Assembly: GCA_964568395.1 (NCBI GenBank)
Contig: CAZMPN010000009.1
Location: 7,075-71,074, forward strand
Direction of reading: 5' to 3'
DNA: 64,000 bases
Origin: an uncultured Helicobacter sp.
GTDB lineage: Bacteria; Campylobacterota; Campylobacteria; Campylobacterales; UBA6016
Below are positions 1 to 10,238 of this stretch, piece after piece. The translations under genes and the position numbers were made by a program. The notes under the pieces are model-generated. The model did no database searches and had not been told where the DNA came from. It saw nothing but the letters and a program-made list of their open reading frames with translations. Within the stretch, counting starts at the first letter, position 1; each line of letters opens with the position of its first letter.

Positions 1-990
1 CGTCTGCTGTTTTTTGTTTTGTTTTTGTTCCGCGGCGGTTTTTTGTTCTTTCTTCTCAACCGTAGTAGGCTTGTATCTTAACGCGGCGTTCGGCGCCAAA
101 AGCGCATTTTTCCTCTCTGCGGTTTTGATGTTTACATACGCCGTCATCCCTGGCATCAGTATCTCCTCAGGATTGTCTACCGATACGACTACGTTGTACG
201 TTACTACGTTTGACTGGGTGGTCGCGTTTAGCCTTATTTGTTTTACTACGCCCTTAAACTGCCTGTTATTGTAAGCGTCTACGTTGAACGTCACCTCTTG
301 CCCTATCTTTATCTTCCCTATGTCCGCTTCGGCGAAGCTCGAATCTATCTGCATGCGTCTTAGATCCTGGGCTATCTTGAAGAGCGTCGGCGTCTGGAAG
401 CTGGCGGCCACGGTTTGGCCTAGATCTATCTGTCTATCTATGACCACTCCGGAAACCGGGGATTTTATGACGGAATATTCTTTGTTCGTGGAATCTTTCG
501 TATGCGTCGCCATGGAGAGTGCAAGCTGGGCTTTGGCGCTTTTGCGGGCTTGTACGGCCTGGTCTAGCTCCTGCGCCGATACGTACTCTTTCGCATATAG
601 CTCCTTCATTCTTTTTTCGTTAGCTTCTGCGAGTTCCAGCGCCGCTTTTGCCGATTCGACGCTGGCCCTGCTTTGCGCCACTTGCGCGTCAAACAGCGCC
701 GGATCCAGAATGGCCAAAACCTGACCTTTTTCTACCTTGTCGTTGTAGTCGACAAGCAGTTTTTTTACGGTGCCCGAGACCTGTGTGCCGACGTTAACGA
801 GAACTACCGGGTTTAGCGTTCCGTTTGCCGATACCGTCTGCGTTAGGTCGCCGTTTTCGAGTTTTTGCGTTTTGTACGTCTCTGCCCCTTTTGGGCCGCC
901 GCTTGTTTTATAGTACCAACCCGCTGCTCCTATACCGACGACAAGCAGGGTTCCTATAAGAAGTTTTTTTCTGTTTTTGATGCTGTCCAT
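1..990 (-). CDS. Efflux-pump periplasmic adaptor (membrane fusion protein, HlyD/MacA-like), partial: C-terminus lies beyond the left window edge
   Basis: Absent from the ORF track because there is no stop codon in the window. Reverse-strand reading from ATG at 990-988 stays open to position 1 (330 codons): MDSIKNRKKLLIGTLLVVGIGAAGWYYK...NVGTQVSGTVKKLLVDYNDKVEKGQVLAILDP...SPVSGVVIDRQIDLGQTV...VTFNVDAYNNRQFKGVVKQIRLNATTQSNVVTYNVVVSVDNPEEILMPGMTAYVNI. This is the pattern typical of MacA-type adaptors. It starts 10 nt after the TolC-like gene. Confidence 0.8.
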   Translation of the reverse strand, partial: MDSIKNRKKLLIGTLLVVGIGAAGWYYKTSGGPKGAETYKTQKLENGDLTQTVSANGTLNPVVLVNVGTQVSGTVKKLLVDYNDKVEKGQVLAILDPALFDAQVAQSRASVESAKAALELAEANEKRMKELYAKEYVSAQELDQAVQARKSAKAQLALSMATHTKDSTNKEYSVIKSPVSGVVIDRQIDLGQTVAASFQTPTLFKIAQDLRRMQIDSSFAEADIGKIKIGQEVTFNVDAYNNRQFKGVVKQIRLNATTQSNVVTYNVVVSVDNPEEILMPGMTAYVNIKTAERKNALLAPNAALRYKPTTVEKKEQKTAAEQKQNKKQQT

Positions 991-1000
991 TATTCCCATC

Positions 1001-2395
1001 TTAGTTTCCGTTACCTATTTTTTCTATTTCGCTAAACGCCAACCTTCCCATGCTTTGCAGCAAAGTCGCCCTCATGATATACCAGTTGTATACGGCGTCT
1101 ATGTTCTGTTGCCTGGCGCTTGCGTATGCGCTCTGGGCGGTCAGCAAGTCCAGTATGCTGCCGACCCCGGCCTTGTATCTACCGCTTGCCGCTTTTAGCG
1201 CCTCATCCGCGCTCGCCAGCAGGTCCTTGCTGCTTTTGACGGCCGTAGCCTGTGTTTTTAGGTTGTTGTATGCCTTGTAGGTTTGGAGGGCGACCTGTTT
1301 TTCAAGTTTTGCGTATTCGAGCTCTTTTAGCCTTGTCTCCATCTGCGCCGCCCTTACTTTGTATGTAGCGCTAAAGCCGCTAAATATCGGGATGTTGATA
1401 GAGAGCGTGCCGGAGCTGTTTTTCGTTTGGGCGCCAAGACTGGTGTCCGAATATCCGGTGGAGCCGTTAAGGGAGATGGTCGGCCTGCCGTCGCTTTTTG
1501 CGGCCTCTACGCCGGCTCTCGCCGCCTCTATTTGAGCGGCCGCGGCCGCCAGATCAGGGCGTCTCTTTTTTGCCTCAAAAATCATCTCTTCGATGTTGCT
1601 TAGATCCTCCATCTCTTTGATATTTGTGGACGGCGCCGCTATTTCAAGGCTAGTGTTTGCGTCCAGACCCAGCGTGTTGGCTAGGTCGGCGTAGCTGTTT
1701 TTTAGGCTTCCTTCCGCTTTTTGCCTGTTTAGAACAGCTTGCGAATAGGCGGTCATGGCCTGCAGTTTGTCGGACGGCGTCGCCGTCCCGGCTTTGTATT
1801 TGGCGAGCGCGGCCTCATAGCTCTCTCTCGCCGTCTTTTCCGCTTCGATATACGCCTCGAGGGAGGCTTTTGCCCCAAAAAGCGCAAAGTACGACTCGGT
1901 CACGGATAGGAACAGCGATTGTATCTGCGCGTTTTGGGAGGCGTTCGCGGCGTCGAGTATTTTTTTCGCGTTTTGGAGATTGGCCTCTCTTGCTCCAAAG
2001 TCGTAGATGGTATAGGAGAGGGAGATCTGTCCGCTTTTCGCATTCGTATACAAGTCGGAAGTCTTGGAGTTTTGTTTTGTCGCATCGAGCGAACCCGCCG
2101 CGCTAATGGACGGCATGTAAGCCGCGTTCGCTACGCCTATGTTTTGCGCTTTTGACAGGGCGGTTATCCAGGCTGCTCTCGTCTGCGGGTTGTTATGGAG
2201 GGCGAAATTGGCTAGCTCGGAGAGAGTCATCCCTTTTTTTATCGTCGGCTCTTTCGTGAGGGCGGAGTATGAATCCGGCGCCGCAACCTTGCCGTCTACG
2301 CCGTACGGATCCGATATGTCGAATGCCGACGCCACGTTCGCCAGCAAAATCAGTCCGCTAAATAGCAAAGCTACTTTTTTATGTTTGTATTCCAT
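1001..2395 (-). CDS. TolC-family outer-membrane efflux protein
   Basis: 464-aa ORF with signal peptide MEYKHKKVALLFSGLILLANVASA. Two-repeat coiled/beta OEP pattern (LSELANFALHNNPQ..., ...DLLTAQSAYASARQQNIDAVYNWYIMRATLLQSMG). Immediately upstream of the adaptor gene. Confidence 0.9.
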   Translation of the reverse strand: MEYKHKKVALLFSGLILLANVASAFDISDPYGVDGKVAAPDSYSALTKEPTIKKGMTLSELANFALHNNPQTRAAWITALSKAQNIGVANAAYMPSISAAGSLDATKQNSKTSDLYTNAKSGQISLSYTIYDFGAREANLQNAKKILDAANASQNAQIQSLFLSVTESYFALFGAKASLEAYIEAEKTARESYEAALAKYKAGTATPSDKLQAMTAYSQAVLNRQKAEGSLKNSYADLANTLGLDANTSLEIAAPSTNIKEMEDLSNIEEMIFEAKKRRPDLAAAAAQIEAARAGVEAAKSDGRPTISLNGSTGYSDTSLGAQTKNSSGTLSINIPIFSGFSATYKVRAAQMETRLKELEYAKLEKQVALQTYKAYNNLKTQATAVKSSKDLLASADEALKAASGRYKAGVGSILDLLTAQSAYASARQQNIDAVYNWYIMRATLLQSMGRLAFSEIEKIGNGN

Positions 2396-2507
2396 TTTCC
2401 TGCAAGCTTCTTTGGTTTTTCGTATATTATCTCATACAAAAGTAAACGTAATGTTAATGTCTCTTAGCCGTATTAAAAAAATAGGGTATGATTAGTTAAA
2501 ACGTTTT

Positions 2508-4850
2508 TTGCCTATTAGCCTTTTAAGAGAGGAGCGGCGCGATATGAAGCTTCCGGCTTTTATTGGTTTAAATCTAACCACCAGGCTTTTTTGGGTATCG
2601 GCTGTACTGGTTGTCCTGGCGCTCTTTGCCAACACCGTCATAAGATACGTAGAGACGCAAAAAATAGTAGAAACAAGAGCCTACAATAGAGCCAAAGCGT
2701 TGCAAGACTATTTCGTCTCCATGCGCTTTGTGTATCATCAGCAATTCTTGAAAAGCGGAGTGGATCTTAACGATTCGACCGTCGGTTTTCTGCCGGCGCA
2801 CGCGGCCTCGCTTATAAGCGACGAATACTCTAGGCGCACGACTCAAGGCATCTCCATAAGAAACGTATCCGACAAACCGAGAAACCCAAAAAACATGGCG
2901 GACGATACAGAGAAGGAAGCCATAAGATATTTTGCCGCGAATCCGGACCAAAACGAAAGCATAAAACGCATATATAAAGGCAATCAGGAGTTCTTCTTTT
3001 TCGCGTCGCCATTGAGGGTGCAGCAGTATTGCCTTGTTTGCCACGGCGAAAAAGAGAATACATTGGAATATATACGAAATAGGTACGATACGGCTTACGG
3101 ATACAAGGTCGGCGACGTTAGGGGGCTTACCAGCATACTGATTCCGGTGGCTTCCTTGGAAGATCAGATTATGGGTATTTTCTGGGATACGACATATTTT
3201 ATGGGCGTTTTTTCCGCCGTACTGCTTATAGTGGTTTATATCGCCATAAGGGAAGCCGCCAGACAAGAGGAGAAAATAAAGGAGAGGCTGGAATACGCCG
3301 TCAAAGAGAAAACCGCCGAACTTAGGAGTCTTTATACCAAGGAGATGCACCTATCGTCGATACTGAAGACGGTGGCGGACGTCAATCAGCTGCTCATAAC
3401 GTCGAACGATACGGATGAATTAATCGAGAATACGGCAAAGACGTTGAGCATGAACGACTCTTTTGCCAGCGTTAAAATAGTCCTGCTTTACGGCGATGAG
3501 CTAAAGGTAGCCGCGACAGAGGGGATTATCGATGAAAACGTAGTAACGGAAGTGGACGAATTCGTGTTTGCGAACAACAAAAGCCTCAAAATTACGGATT
3601 TTGACGATGAAAACGTCCCGGAACACTGCAGAAGAAAGGCAAAGACATACGGTATAAAAGCGGTCTATTCGGCCCCGTTAAAGAGCAGCAGCAGCGCAAA
3701 AACGCCGGTAGGCGTCATAACCGTTTGTACGGCGCAATCTGACGGTTTTAGCCAAAAAGAGTGCGATATGATAGACGAGCTAGCAGGAGATATAGGTTTT
3801 GCCGTGAACTCGTTTGCGCAAAAGAAGCTTATAGAGAGGCTCCATACCGAGAGGCTAAACAGCTACGAAGAGTTTATAGAGGCGCTGGTGGATATGATAG
3901 AGCAGCGCGACACGTATACGGCCGGACATACGAAGAGGGTGGCGGTATATTCCGAGTTGATAGCGAGAGAGATGGGCGTAAGCGAAGCGGATATTAAGAA
4001 GCTGGTGGAAGCCGCCAAGCTGCACGATATAGGCAAGGTGGTGACGCCGGATTCGGTTCTTTTGAAGCCGGGGTCGCTTACGAAGCTTGAATATGAGCTG
4101 ATAAAAGAACACGTCGGCGCCGGCTTCCAGGTGCTATCGAACATAGCCTCGTACAAGGAGCTTGCGCAAATAGTGATATATCATCATGAAAGATACGACG
4201 GCAGCGGCTATCCAGGCGGAGTAAAGGGCGAAGATATTCCGATTTTCGGACGCATATTGGCCGTGGCGGATTCTTTCGACGCAATGACGACCAATAGGAT
4301 ATATAAGCCCAGAAAAAGCATAGAAGAGTCGTTAAGGGAGTTGGAAGAGTTGAGCGGCATATGGTACCACCCTGACGTCGTAAGGGCCGCCGTAAAGGTG
4401 TTGGCGGACATACGCATAGATACTGGCATAGACCAAATGGCCGATATTAGTATGCTTGACAAGGAGAGGTTAAGCTACTTCTTTAAAGATAGGCTTACAA
4501 AGCTATACAACGAGGATTATCTCACCGTTGTTTTAAGCGGGCGATCTGGCGTCGCCGTACCGTCGTGCCTTGCGGTCGTTTCGCTCTCTAACTTTACGCA
4601 ATACAACAAAGAGCATAGCTGGGAGGGCGGAAACGCCTTGCTTGAAGAGCTTGCGGACTATCTGATGAAAAGTTTCGGAGGGTCGCTGATATTTAGGATA
4701 CGCGGAGACCATTTTGTTATTGCGGATTGCGACGCAAATATCGATGACGTTATGTCCAACTCCCCGCTGCGAGACAAAAACGTATCGTATAAGATAAAAA
4801 AGATATACACGCCGTTTGGAAGCGTCAAAGAGGCGCTCCTTGAAACATAG
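2508..4850 (+). CDS. Multidomain c-di-GMP phosphodiesterase: heme-c sensor (DUF3365/Tll0287-like, CxxCH) - TM - GAF-like - HD-GYP - degenerate GGDEF
   Basis: KPRNPKNMADDTEKEAIRYF...PLRVQQYCLVCHGE (heme-c sensor pattern). KLHDIGK and HHERYDGSGYPGG (HD-GYP). C-terminal RIRGDHFVI replaces GGDEF. The track start is TTG 2508; ATG 2544 (MKLPAFIGL, preceded by AGAGGAG) is the more likely start. Confidence 0.9.
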   Translation: MPISLLREERRDMKLPAFIGLNLTTRLFWVSAVLVVLALFANTVIRYVETQKIVETRAYNRAKALQDYFVSMRFVYHQQFLKSGVDLNDSTVGFLPAHAASLISDEYSRRTTQGISIRNVSDKPRNPKNMADDTEKEAIRYFAANPDQNESIKRIYKGNQEFFFFASPLRVQQYCLVCHGEKENTLEYIRNRYDTAYGYKVGDVRGLTSILIPVASLEDQIMGIFWDTTYFMGVFSAVLLIVVYIAIREAARQEEKIKERLEYAVKEKTAELRSLYTKEMHLSSILKTVADVNQLLITSNDTDELIENTAKTLSMNDSFASVKIVLLYGDELKVAATEGIIDENVVTEVDEFVFANNKSLKITDFDDENVPEHCRRKAKTYGIKAVYSAPLKSSSSAKTPVGVITVCTAQSDGFSQKECDMIDELAGDIGFAVNSFAQKKLIERLHTERLNSYEEFIEALVDMIEQRDTYTAGHTKRVAVYSELIAREMGVSEADIKKLVEAAKLHDIGKVVTPDSVLLKPGSLTKLEYELIKEHVGAGFQVLSNIASYKELAQIVIYHHERYDGSGYPGGVKGEDIPIFGRILAVADSFDAMTTNRIYKPRKSIEESLRELEELSGIWYHPDVVRAAVKVLADIRIDTGIDQMADISMLDKERLSYFFKDRLTKLYNEDYLTVVLSGRSGVAVPSCLAVVSLSNFTQYNKEHSWEGGNALLEELADYLMKSFGGSLIFRIRGDHFVIADCDANIDDVMSNSPLRDKNVSYKIKKIYTPFGSVKEALLET

Positions 4851-4932
4851 GCGCAAGTTATGGTTTTACATTTTTAACAAATAATTAACTATTCATTCAT
4901 ATTCTCATGCCGAAATTTTTTCGGGAGTTAAT

Positions 4933-7008
4933 ATGAAGATTTTACCTTTTTTATCGATAGTAGGATGCGCGGCGTTGTTCGGGGAGACCTTGTCTCTTGA
5001 TACGGTGAGCGTTACCGCCACAAGAGAGGCGAGAGCCACGAAAGACGTGCCGCAGTCGATAGCTGTCGTAAACAGCGAAACGATAGAGGCCACGAAAGCC
5101 CAAAACATAAAAGATTTGATTACCGGAATCCCGGGCGTGCTTGTGGATAGCAAAAACGGCGGCTACGACGCCAGGCTCATCATCAGGGGCGCCGGACTAA
5201 AAGCTCCATATGGCGTAAGAGAGATTATGGTGCTTAGGGACGGGGTGCCTATGACGGATCCCGACACTATGACCAGATTCGACTTTATAGATACGCAAGA
5301 TATCGAGAGGGTCGAGGTGACCAAGGGGCCCGGCTCCATAGCGGCCGGCGGCGTGCTAGGAGGTACGATACAGATAATCTCCAAGTCGGTTTTTAGCGAA
5401 GAGCCTAACAGGATAAAGCTCGGCCTTGGAACCGACGAAGCCCAAAACTTCAACCTCCGATACTCCATAAAGGCGAGCGACAAGGACTATCTTTCGCTTA
5501 CGGCTTCCAGAAGGGCCACAAATCCGGACTATAGAAGGCATAACGCTTTCGATACGAATCAGGCCAGCATAAAATACGGCAAAATAATGGAAAACGGAAT
5601 ACTGGAGAGCGAACTTGCCTATACGGAGGCGAATTTGCAGTTTCCGGGATCGATGAGTCCGGCCGAATTCGAGACGTTCAAGACGACAGGCAAGCAGGAT
5701 ACTACCGTAGACGCATGGAAACATACAGGCAGATACTCTAAAATCCTGTTTTTCAATACGAAATACGAGACGGAGTTTGGGAACCTAAAATTCAAGCCGA
5801 GGGTTTACGTCAACAGATGGAGCCACTACCACCCTGTTACCGGAATAATCAACGACAGCAACGACAATACTACATCCGGGGTCGACTTGGAGGCCGCGTA
5901 TCCGCATAAGCTGTTCGGACAGGGCGGCTCTCTCGTGTTCGGTACGACATATAGGCAAGATATAACGAACGACTCCAAAAAATACCAATATAAAGACTAT
6001 ACGACCGGGTTCGGCGGCAGAATCACGGCTACGCTCTCTGATGAAAAAGGGGCGTTGGCCGAAGTGGATAACGAAAAAAATAAGATAGGCGGCCTTTTTG
6101 CGCAGGAGAGCTTGAAATTTGGCGCCCTTACGATCGATATCGGAGCCAGGTTCGACAAGAGCAGCTTTGATCTGTCGGCCAATGAAATGACGAAGTATGA
6201 CTATAGCGCAGGCAAGTACGTAGCCGGCGCCGGATTTAGGCAGACTAAAAAGACATATGAGCTTTTTGCGCCAAAACTAGGCGTTAGCTATGCAATAACG
6301 CCTCTCATTAGCGCATACGCCTCGGTGGCCAGGGCGGAACAGACGCCGTCGACGAGCGAACTATCTATTAATACGGATCTCAAAAAAAGCAGGGCCACGA
6401 ACGCCGAGATGGGGCTAAAAGGCAGAATGGATAAATTTAGCTTTGACACGGCCATCTATAGGACCGTTACCGAAGATGAGGTCGTCAGTACGTACGTATT
6501 GGGACAGACACAGACGCAAAACGCCGGCAAAAGCGATAAAAAAGGGTTTGAAGCCAGCGGCGAATATACGCTGACAAACGATTTTTCCCTGGGTGCCTCA
6601 TACTCTTATTCCGACTACAAGTATATCAGCTTTACGGAAGTGGCTAGGGTCGGCATGACTACGTATACCGCCGACAGGAGTGGCAGCAGGCTCAAATATA
6701 TCCCAAAACACCAATACTCGTTGTTCGCCAATTACAAATACGGCAACTATAAAGCGCGCATAAAAACTGACACATGGAGCAAATACTTCATAGACGACGC
6801 GAATTCGCAAGATTACGAAGGGTATAGGTTCGTGACTTCGGCGATGCTCGGATGGGAAAAAGGCTCGCACTCGCTCAACCTAAACGTAGACAATCTATTC
6901 GACAAGCACTACGCCATGGAAGTAAAAAAAGACGCGACGAGCACGAGCGTATACTATACGGGTGCTGCCAGAAGAAGCGCGCTCGTAACGTACGCGTATA
7001 AATTCTAG
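4933..7008 (+). CDS. TonB-dependent outer-membrane receptor (substrate unknown)
   Basis: 691 aa with a signal peptide. TonB-box-like DTVSVTATRE, plug motifs IIRGAG / VLRDGVPMTDP / VEVTKGPGS, and a terminal aromatic ...VTYAYKF. Confidence 0.9.
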   Translation: MKILPFLSIVGCAALFGETLSLDTVSVTATREARATKDVPQSIAVVNSETIEATKAQNIKDLITGIPGVLVDSKNGGYDARLIIRGAGLKAPYGVREIMVLRDGVPMTDPDTMTRFDFIDTQDIERVEVTKGPGSIAAGGVLGGTIQIISKSVFSEEPNRIKLGLGTDEAQNFNLRYSIKASDKDYLSLTASRRATNPDYRRHNAFDTNQASIKYGKIMENGILESELAYTEANLQFPGSMSPAEFETFKTTGKQDTTVDAWKHTGRYSKILFFNTKYETEFGNLKFKPRVYVNRWSHYHPVTGIINDSNDNTTSGVDLEAAYPHKLFGQGGSLVFGTTYRQDITNDSKKYQYKDYTTGFGGRITATLSDEKGALAEVDNEKNKIGGLFAQESLKFGALTIDIGARFDKSSFDLSANEMTKYDYSAGKYVAGAGFRQTKKTYELFAPKLGVSYAITPLISAYASVARAEQTPSTSELSINTDLKKSRATNAEMGLKGRMDKFSFDTAIYRTVTEDEVVSTYVLGQTQTQNAGKSDKKGFEASGEYTLTNDFSLGASYSYSDYKYISFTEVARVGMTTYTADRSGSRLKYIPKHQYSLFANYKYGNYKARIKTDTWSKYFIDDANSQDYEGYRFVTSAMLGWEKGSHSLNLNVDNLFDKHYAMEVKKDATSTSVYYTGAARRSALVTYAYKF

Positions 7009-7017
7009 GAGCTAAAA

Positions 7018-8406
7018 GTGGTAAAAGATATAAAAAGAGATAAAAACGACCTTTTCGCATATGCGCCGACGAGGTTTTTGTTTAGAAACGAGAAGGTTAT
7101 ATTCGCCGTCAGAGCCGTTACCGTTTTCTTATTCGCATACGCGCTTTATCTTGGTTTTGTCGCCGAGCCTGAGGAAAATACGTTTACTACGGCGATTTTT
7201 TGGTCCATCTTCTGGCCTTTTTTCATGTTCTTGACGCTTCCGACTCTCGGAAGCCTCTTTTGCGGAATATGCCCGCACGGATATATAGGCAAATACATAA
7301 CAAAATTCGGTCTTCAAAAAGAGATGCCAAAAGCGCTGAAAAATCCGATATGGGGACTTCTTGTCGTAGTCTTGTTTTATTGGAGCGTCATCTACGTTTG
7401 GCCTGGAGCATTGAAGGCTCCGGTCGCCACGGCTCTGTTCTTTGCCGTTTTCACTTTGGTCGCCTTCGGCCTTTTTTATCTGTTCAAAGATATGAGCTAC
7501 TGTAAAAGCCTCTGCCCGATAGGATCCATTACTACCGCTTTTTCAAAGGTCGGTTTCGGGCGGATATCGACTTACGGGGAACACTGCGCTTCTTGTAAGA
7601 CGTTCGATTGCGCCAAGGCTTGCGAGTACAAACTAAGCCCTTTCAACTTCGAAAAAAAAGGCGCCCATTATGATTGTAAATCCTGTATGGATTGCGCCAT
7701 TGCCTGCGATGCGGTCAAGTTCGAGCTTGTAAAGCCGCTATCGGGAGTGGTGAGCGAAAAAACGAAAAAGAGTTTCGCGGACGTGTGGACCTATCTCGCT
7801 ATCGCCGCGGTAGGCACTATCACTATGGGGCTTCATCACGGCATAGGCAGAACCGGGGCGGCGCCCGATATGATATGGTCCAAGATAGGAGCCCAGATAA
7901 ACACTCTCGGGCTTGGCGTAGACGGAGTAGGGCTTGCGGCGCTTCTTAGCGGAATCATCGCTTCCGCCTTCTTTGCTCTCGGCGGGCTTTTTGTAGCCTC
8001 AAGGCTTCTAAACAGACCGTTTGGCGAGACGATGCTCTCTTACGGCTACGTCTTTGCGCCTATTATGATAATAGGCGGCGCAAGCCACGCTTTTAGCTTC
8101 TTTTTTATGAGTTATTACCATACCGCAGTTAACGGATTTATATGGGCGTTTAATCTCTCTTTTGAGAACGTGAAGCCTCTGGCTTCCATGAAAGACGCAT
8201 GGATAAGGGTGTTTTCGCTATTTAACTATCTTGCGGTCATAGCCTCCATGTTTATCGCATACAAAAAGGTATCGATAGAAAACGTCAAGTTTGTCGTCAA
8301 GGGCGCGGTATTTGCCGCCGTTTCGGCCTTCGCTATTTTCTATCTGTTTTTGGTCGTGTATAGACAGTACGCGATGATGGCCTACGGACCTCTTAAATGC
8401 CATTAA
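7018..8406 (+). CDS. Polytopic membrane polyferredoxin (NapH/NosR/FixG(CcoG)-like 4Fe-4S binding protein)
   Basis: 462 aa with about 9 hydrophobic helices. Cys motifs are CGICPHG (82-85), CKSLCPIGS (162-166), CASCKTFDCAKAC (190-202) and CKSCMDCAIAC (220-230). Lies 9 nt after the receptor gene. Confidence 0.8.
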   Translation: MVKDIKRDKNDLFAYAPTRFLFRNEKVIFAVRAVTVFLFAYALYLGFVAEPEENTFTTAIFWSIFWPFFMFLTLPTLGSLFCGICPHGYIGKYITKFGLQKEMPKALKNPIWGLLVVVLFYWSVIYVWPGALKAPVATALFFAVFTLVAFGLFYLFKDMSYCKSLCPIGSITTAFSKVGFGRISTYGEHCASCKTFDCAKACEYKLSPFNFEKKGAHYDCKSCMDCAIACDAVKFELVKPLSGVVSEKTKKSFADVWTYLAIAAVGTITMGLHHGIGRTGAAPDMIWSKIGAQINTLGLGVDGVGLAALLSGIIASAFFALGGLFVASRLLNRPFGETMLSYGYVFAPIMIIGGASHAFSFFFMSYYHTAVNGFIWAFNLSFENVKPLASMKDAWIRVFSLFNYLAVIASMFIAYKKVSIENVKFVVKGAVFAAVSAFAIFYLFLVVYRQYAMMAYGPLKCH

Positions 8407-8460
8407 AATAGTATTGACTCCAGAAGGCGAAAAAGCTAAAATCGCCAAAAAGGAGTCAAA

Positions 8461-10173
8461 ATGTCTGATTTAAAAAAGATACCGAATAGGCTAATAAACG
8501 AAGACTCGCCTTATCTGCTGCAGCACGCGTACAATCCGGTGGATTGGTATGCGTGGAACGATGAGGCTTTCAAGAAGGCTAGGGCTGAAAATAAACCGAT
8601 ATTCCTCTCCATAGGGTATAGCGCCTGCCATTGGTGCCACGTGATGGAGAGGGAGGTCTTCGAGAACGGGGAGCTAGCCCGTATACTCAACGAGCGCTTC
8701 GTCTCTATCAAGGTTGACAGGGAAGAGCGTCCCGACATAGACAAGCACTTTCAGCATATACACTACATTATTACTAGGCGTTCCGGCGGCTGGCCTACGT
8801 CTATATTTCTGACACCAGATAAAAAACCTTTTTTCGCCGCAACATATATACCTCCAAAGTCGAAGCAGGGGATGATGGGATTTGGCGAAGTCGTAGCGAT
8901 GCTCTCAGACAAGCTAAGAGACGAGCCGCAAGAGGTGTATAGGGTGGTCCAGAATATAGAGAGGATAGCGGCGAATACAGAGATAAAGAGAAGAGAGAGG
9001 GTGGATTTCTCGGTTTTACCCCTGCTTAAAGAGGCCGTCCTAAAAAACTTCGACCATGAAGACGGCGGAATAATGGGCGAGCCTAAATTCCCGCATGCGG
9101 CCCTGCTTTCGCTGCTTTTAAAAAGCAAGGATGCCGAACTGGTAGGGATCGCCTCGCATACGCTAAGGTGCATGGCGAAAGGCGGTATGTACGACATAGT
9201 CGACGGCGGGTTTTGCAGATATAGCGTTGACGGCTTCTGGCTTGTGCCGCATTTTGAAAAGATGGGTTACGACAACGGTCTCTTGATAGAGGTGTACGCA
9301 AAGGCGTACGAGATAACCGGGGAGCCTCTGTTCTTGCGTATCGCAAGGGAGTGCGCCGATTTTATGCTGGAAAAGATGAGCGAATCAAATCTCTTTTATT
9401 CCGCCAGCGACGCGGACTCGGAGGGTGAAGAGGGAAAATATTTCGTCTATGGTTGGCGGGAGGCGCATGACGCATGCGTAGAGGCCGGCGTAAAAGATGC
9501 GGACAAAACGTTAAGAACGCTTGGATTCGGGAAAATAGGCAACTTCGAGGGCAAAAATATCCCCAGAAACGAAGCCTTTGACGATGGCGAAGAGGTGCAA
9601 AAAGCGCTGGCGGCGTTAAAAAAATTGAGAGCGGCAAGAGTCTATCCGTTTATCGACAAGAAGATTATCTGCTCGTGGAACGCCATGATGATAAGCGCGC
9701 TTTTCTCGCTATCTCGGGTGGACGCCTCATATGGGCGGGTCGCCGAACTATCCCTCTCGGCTCTTCGCTCCAAACTCGGCCGTGACGGCAAGCTGTACCA
9801 CTGCGCTATGGCGGATAAAGAGCCTAGGATAGAAGCGTTTTTCGAAGATTACGCCTTCTTGTCAAAAGCGTATCTTGACGCATATCTGGCTAGCGGCAAC
9901 CAGGATTATAAAAAAGAGGCTTTAGAGACCATACGGAAGGCTACCGCTCTTTTTTATAGAAACGGGACGTGGATGCTTTCCGTAGGCGAGTTCGAGACGA
10001 TGGCCGAAGCGAACGACGGCAGCTACTCTTCGCCTATTGGCGTAGCGTGCGAAGTTTTGAGATATTTCGGCGATGAAACCGGGGATCTCTTGCTCTCTAC
10101 GATGGAGAGCTACTCGGCCGAAATCAGGAGTTATCCGATGTACTACGCCGCACTAGCCGCCGCTTATTTGTGA
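8461..10173 (+). CDS. Thioredoxin-domain protein, DUF255/YyaL family (thioredoxin-like N-domain plus alpha/alpha-toroid C-domain)
   Basis: 570 aa, no signal peptide. Contains [50 protein letters not shown], the hallmark N-terminus of this family. Confidence 0.85.
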   Translation: MSDLKKIPNRLINEDSPYLLQHAYNPVDWYAWNDEAFKKARAENKPIFLSIGYSACHWCHVMEREVFENGELARILNERFVSIKVDREERPDIDKHFQHIHYIITRRSGGWPTSIFLTPDKKPFFAATYIPPKSKQGMMGFGEVVAMLSDKLRDEPQEVYRVVQNIERIAANTEIKRRERVDFSVLPLLKEAVLKNFDHEDGGIMGEPKFPHAALLSLLLKSKDAELVGIASHTLRCMAKGGMYDIVDGGFCRYSVDGFWLVPHFEKMGYDNGLLIEVYAKAYEITGEPLFLRIARECADFMLEKMSESNLFYSASDADSEGEEGKYFVYGWREAHDACVEAGVKDADKTLRTLGFGKIGNFEGKNIPRNEAFDDGEEVQKALAALKKLRAARVYPFIDKKIICSWNAMMISALFSLSRVDASYGRVAELSLSALRSKLGRDGKLYHCAMADKEPRIEAFFEDYAFLSKAYLDAYLASGNQDYKKEALETIRKATALFYRNGTWMLSVGEFETMAEANDGSYSSPIGVACEVLRYFGDETGDLLLSTMESYSAEIRSYPMYYAALAAAYL

Positions 10174-10238
10174 TAAGTTGTAATTTATAAAAAATATCTT
10201 AGAATGATGGCAATTTATATATAAAAAAAGTATTCTAA

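Noticed and set aside
2574-3350. 258-aa minus-strand ORF
   Set aside because: It is antisense to the heme-c sensor domain of the HD-GYP protein, with no recognisable motif.
4851-4932. Possible Fur box (AATAATTAACTATTCATTC) and short hairpin CCGAAA-ttt-TTTCGG upstream of the TonB-dependent receptor
   Set aside because: Aligned by eye, fewer than half the positions match the 19-bp Fur consensus. AT-richness alone explains the resemblance. The 6-bp A/U-rich hairpin is too weak to call.
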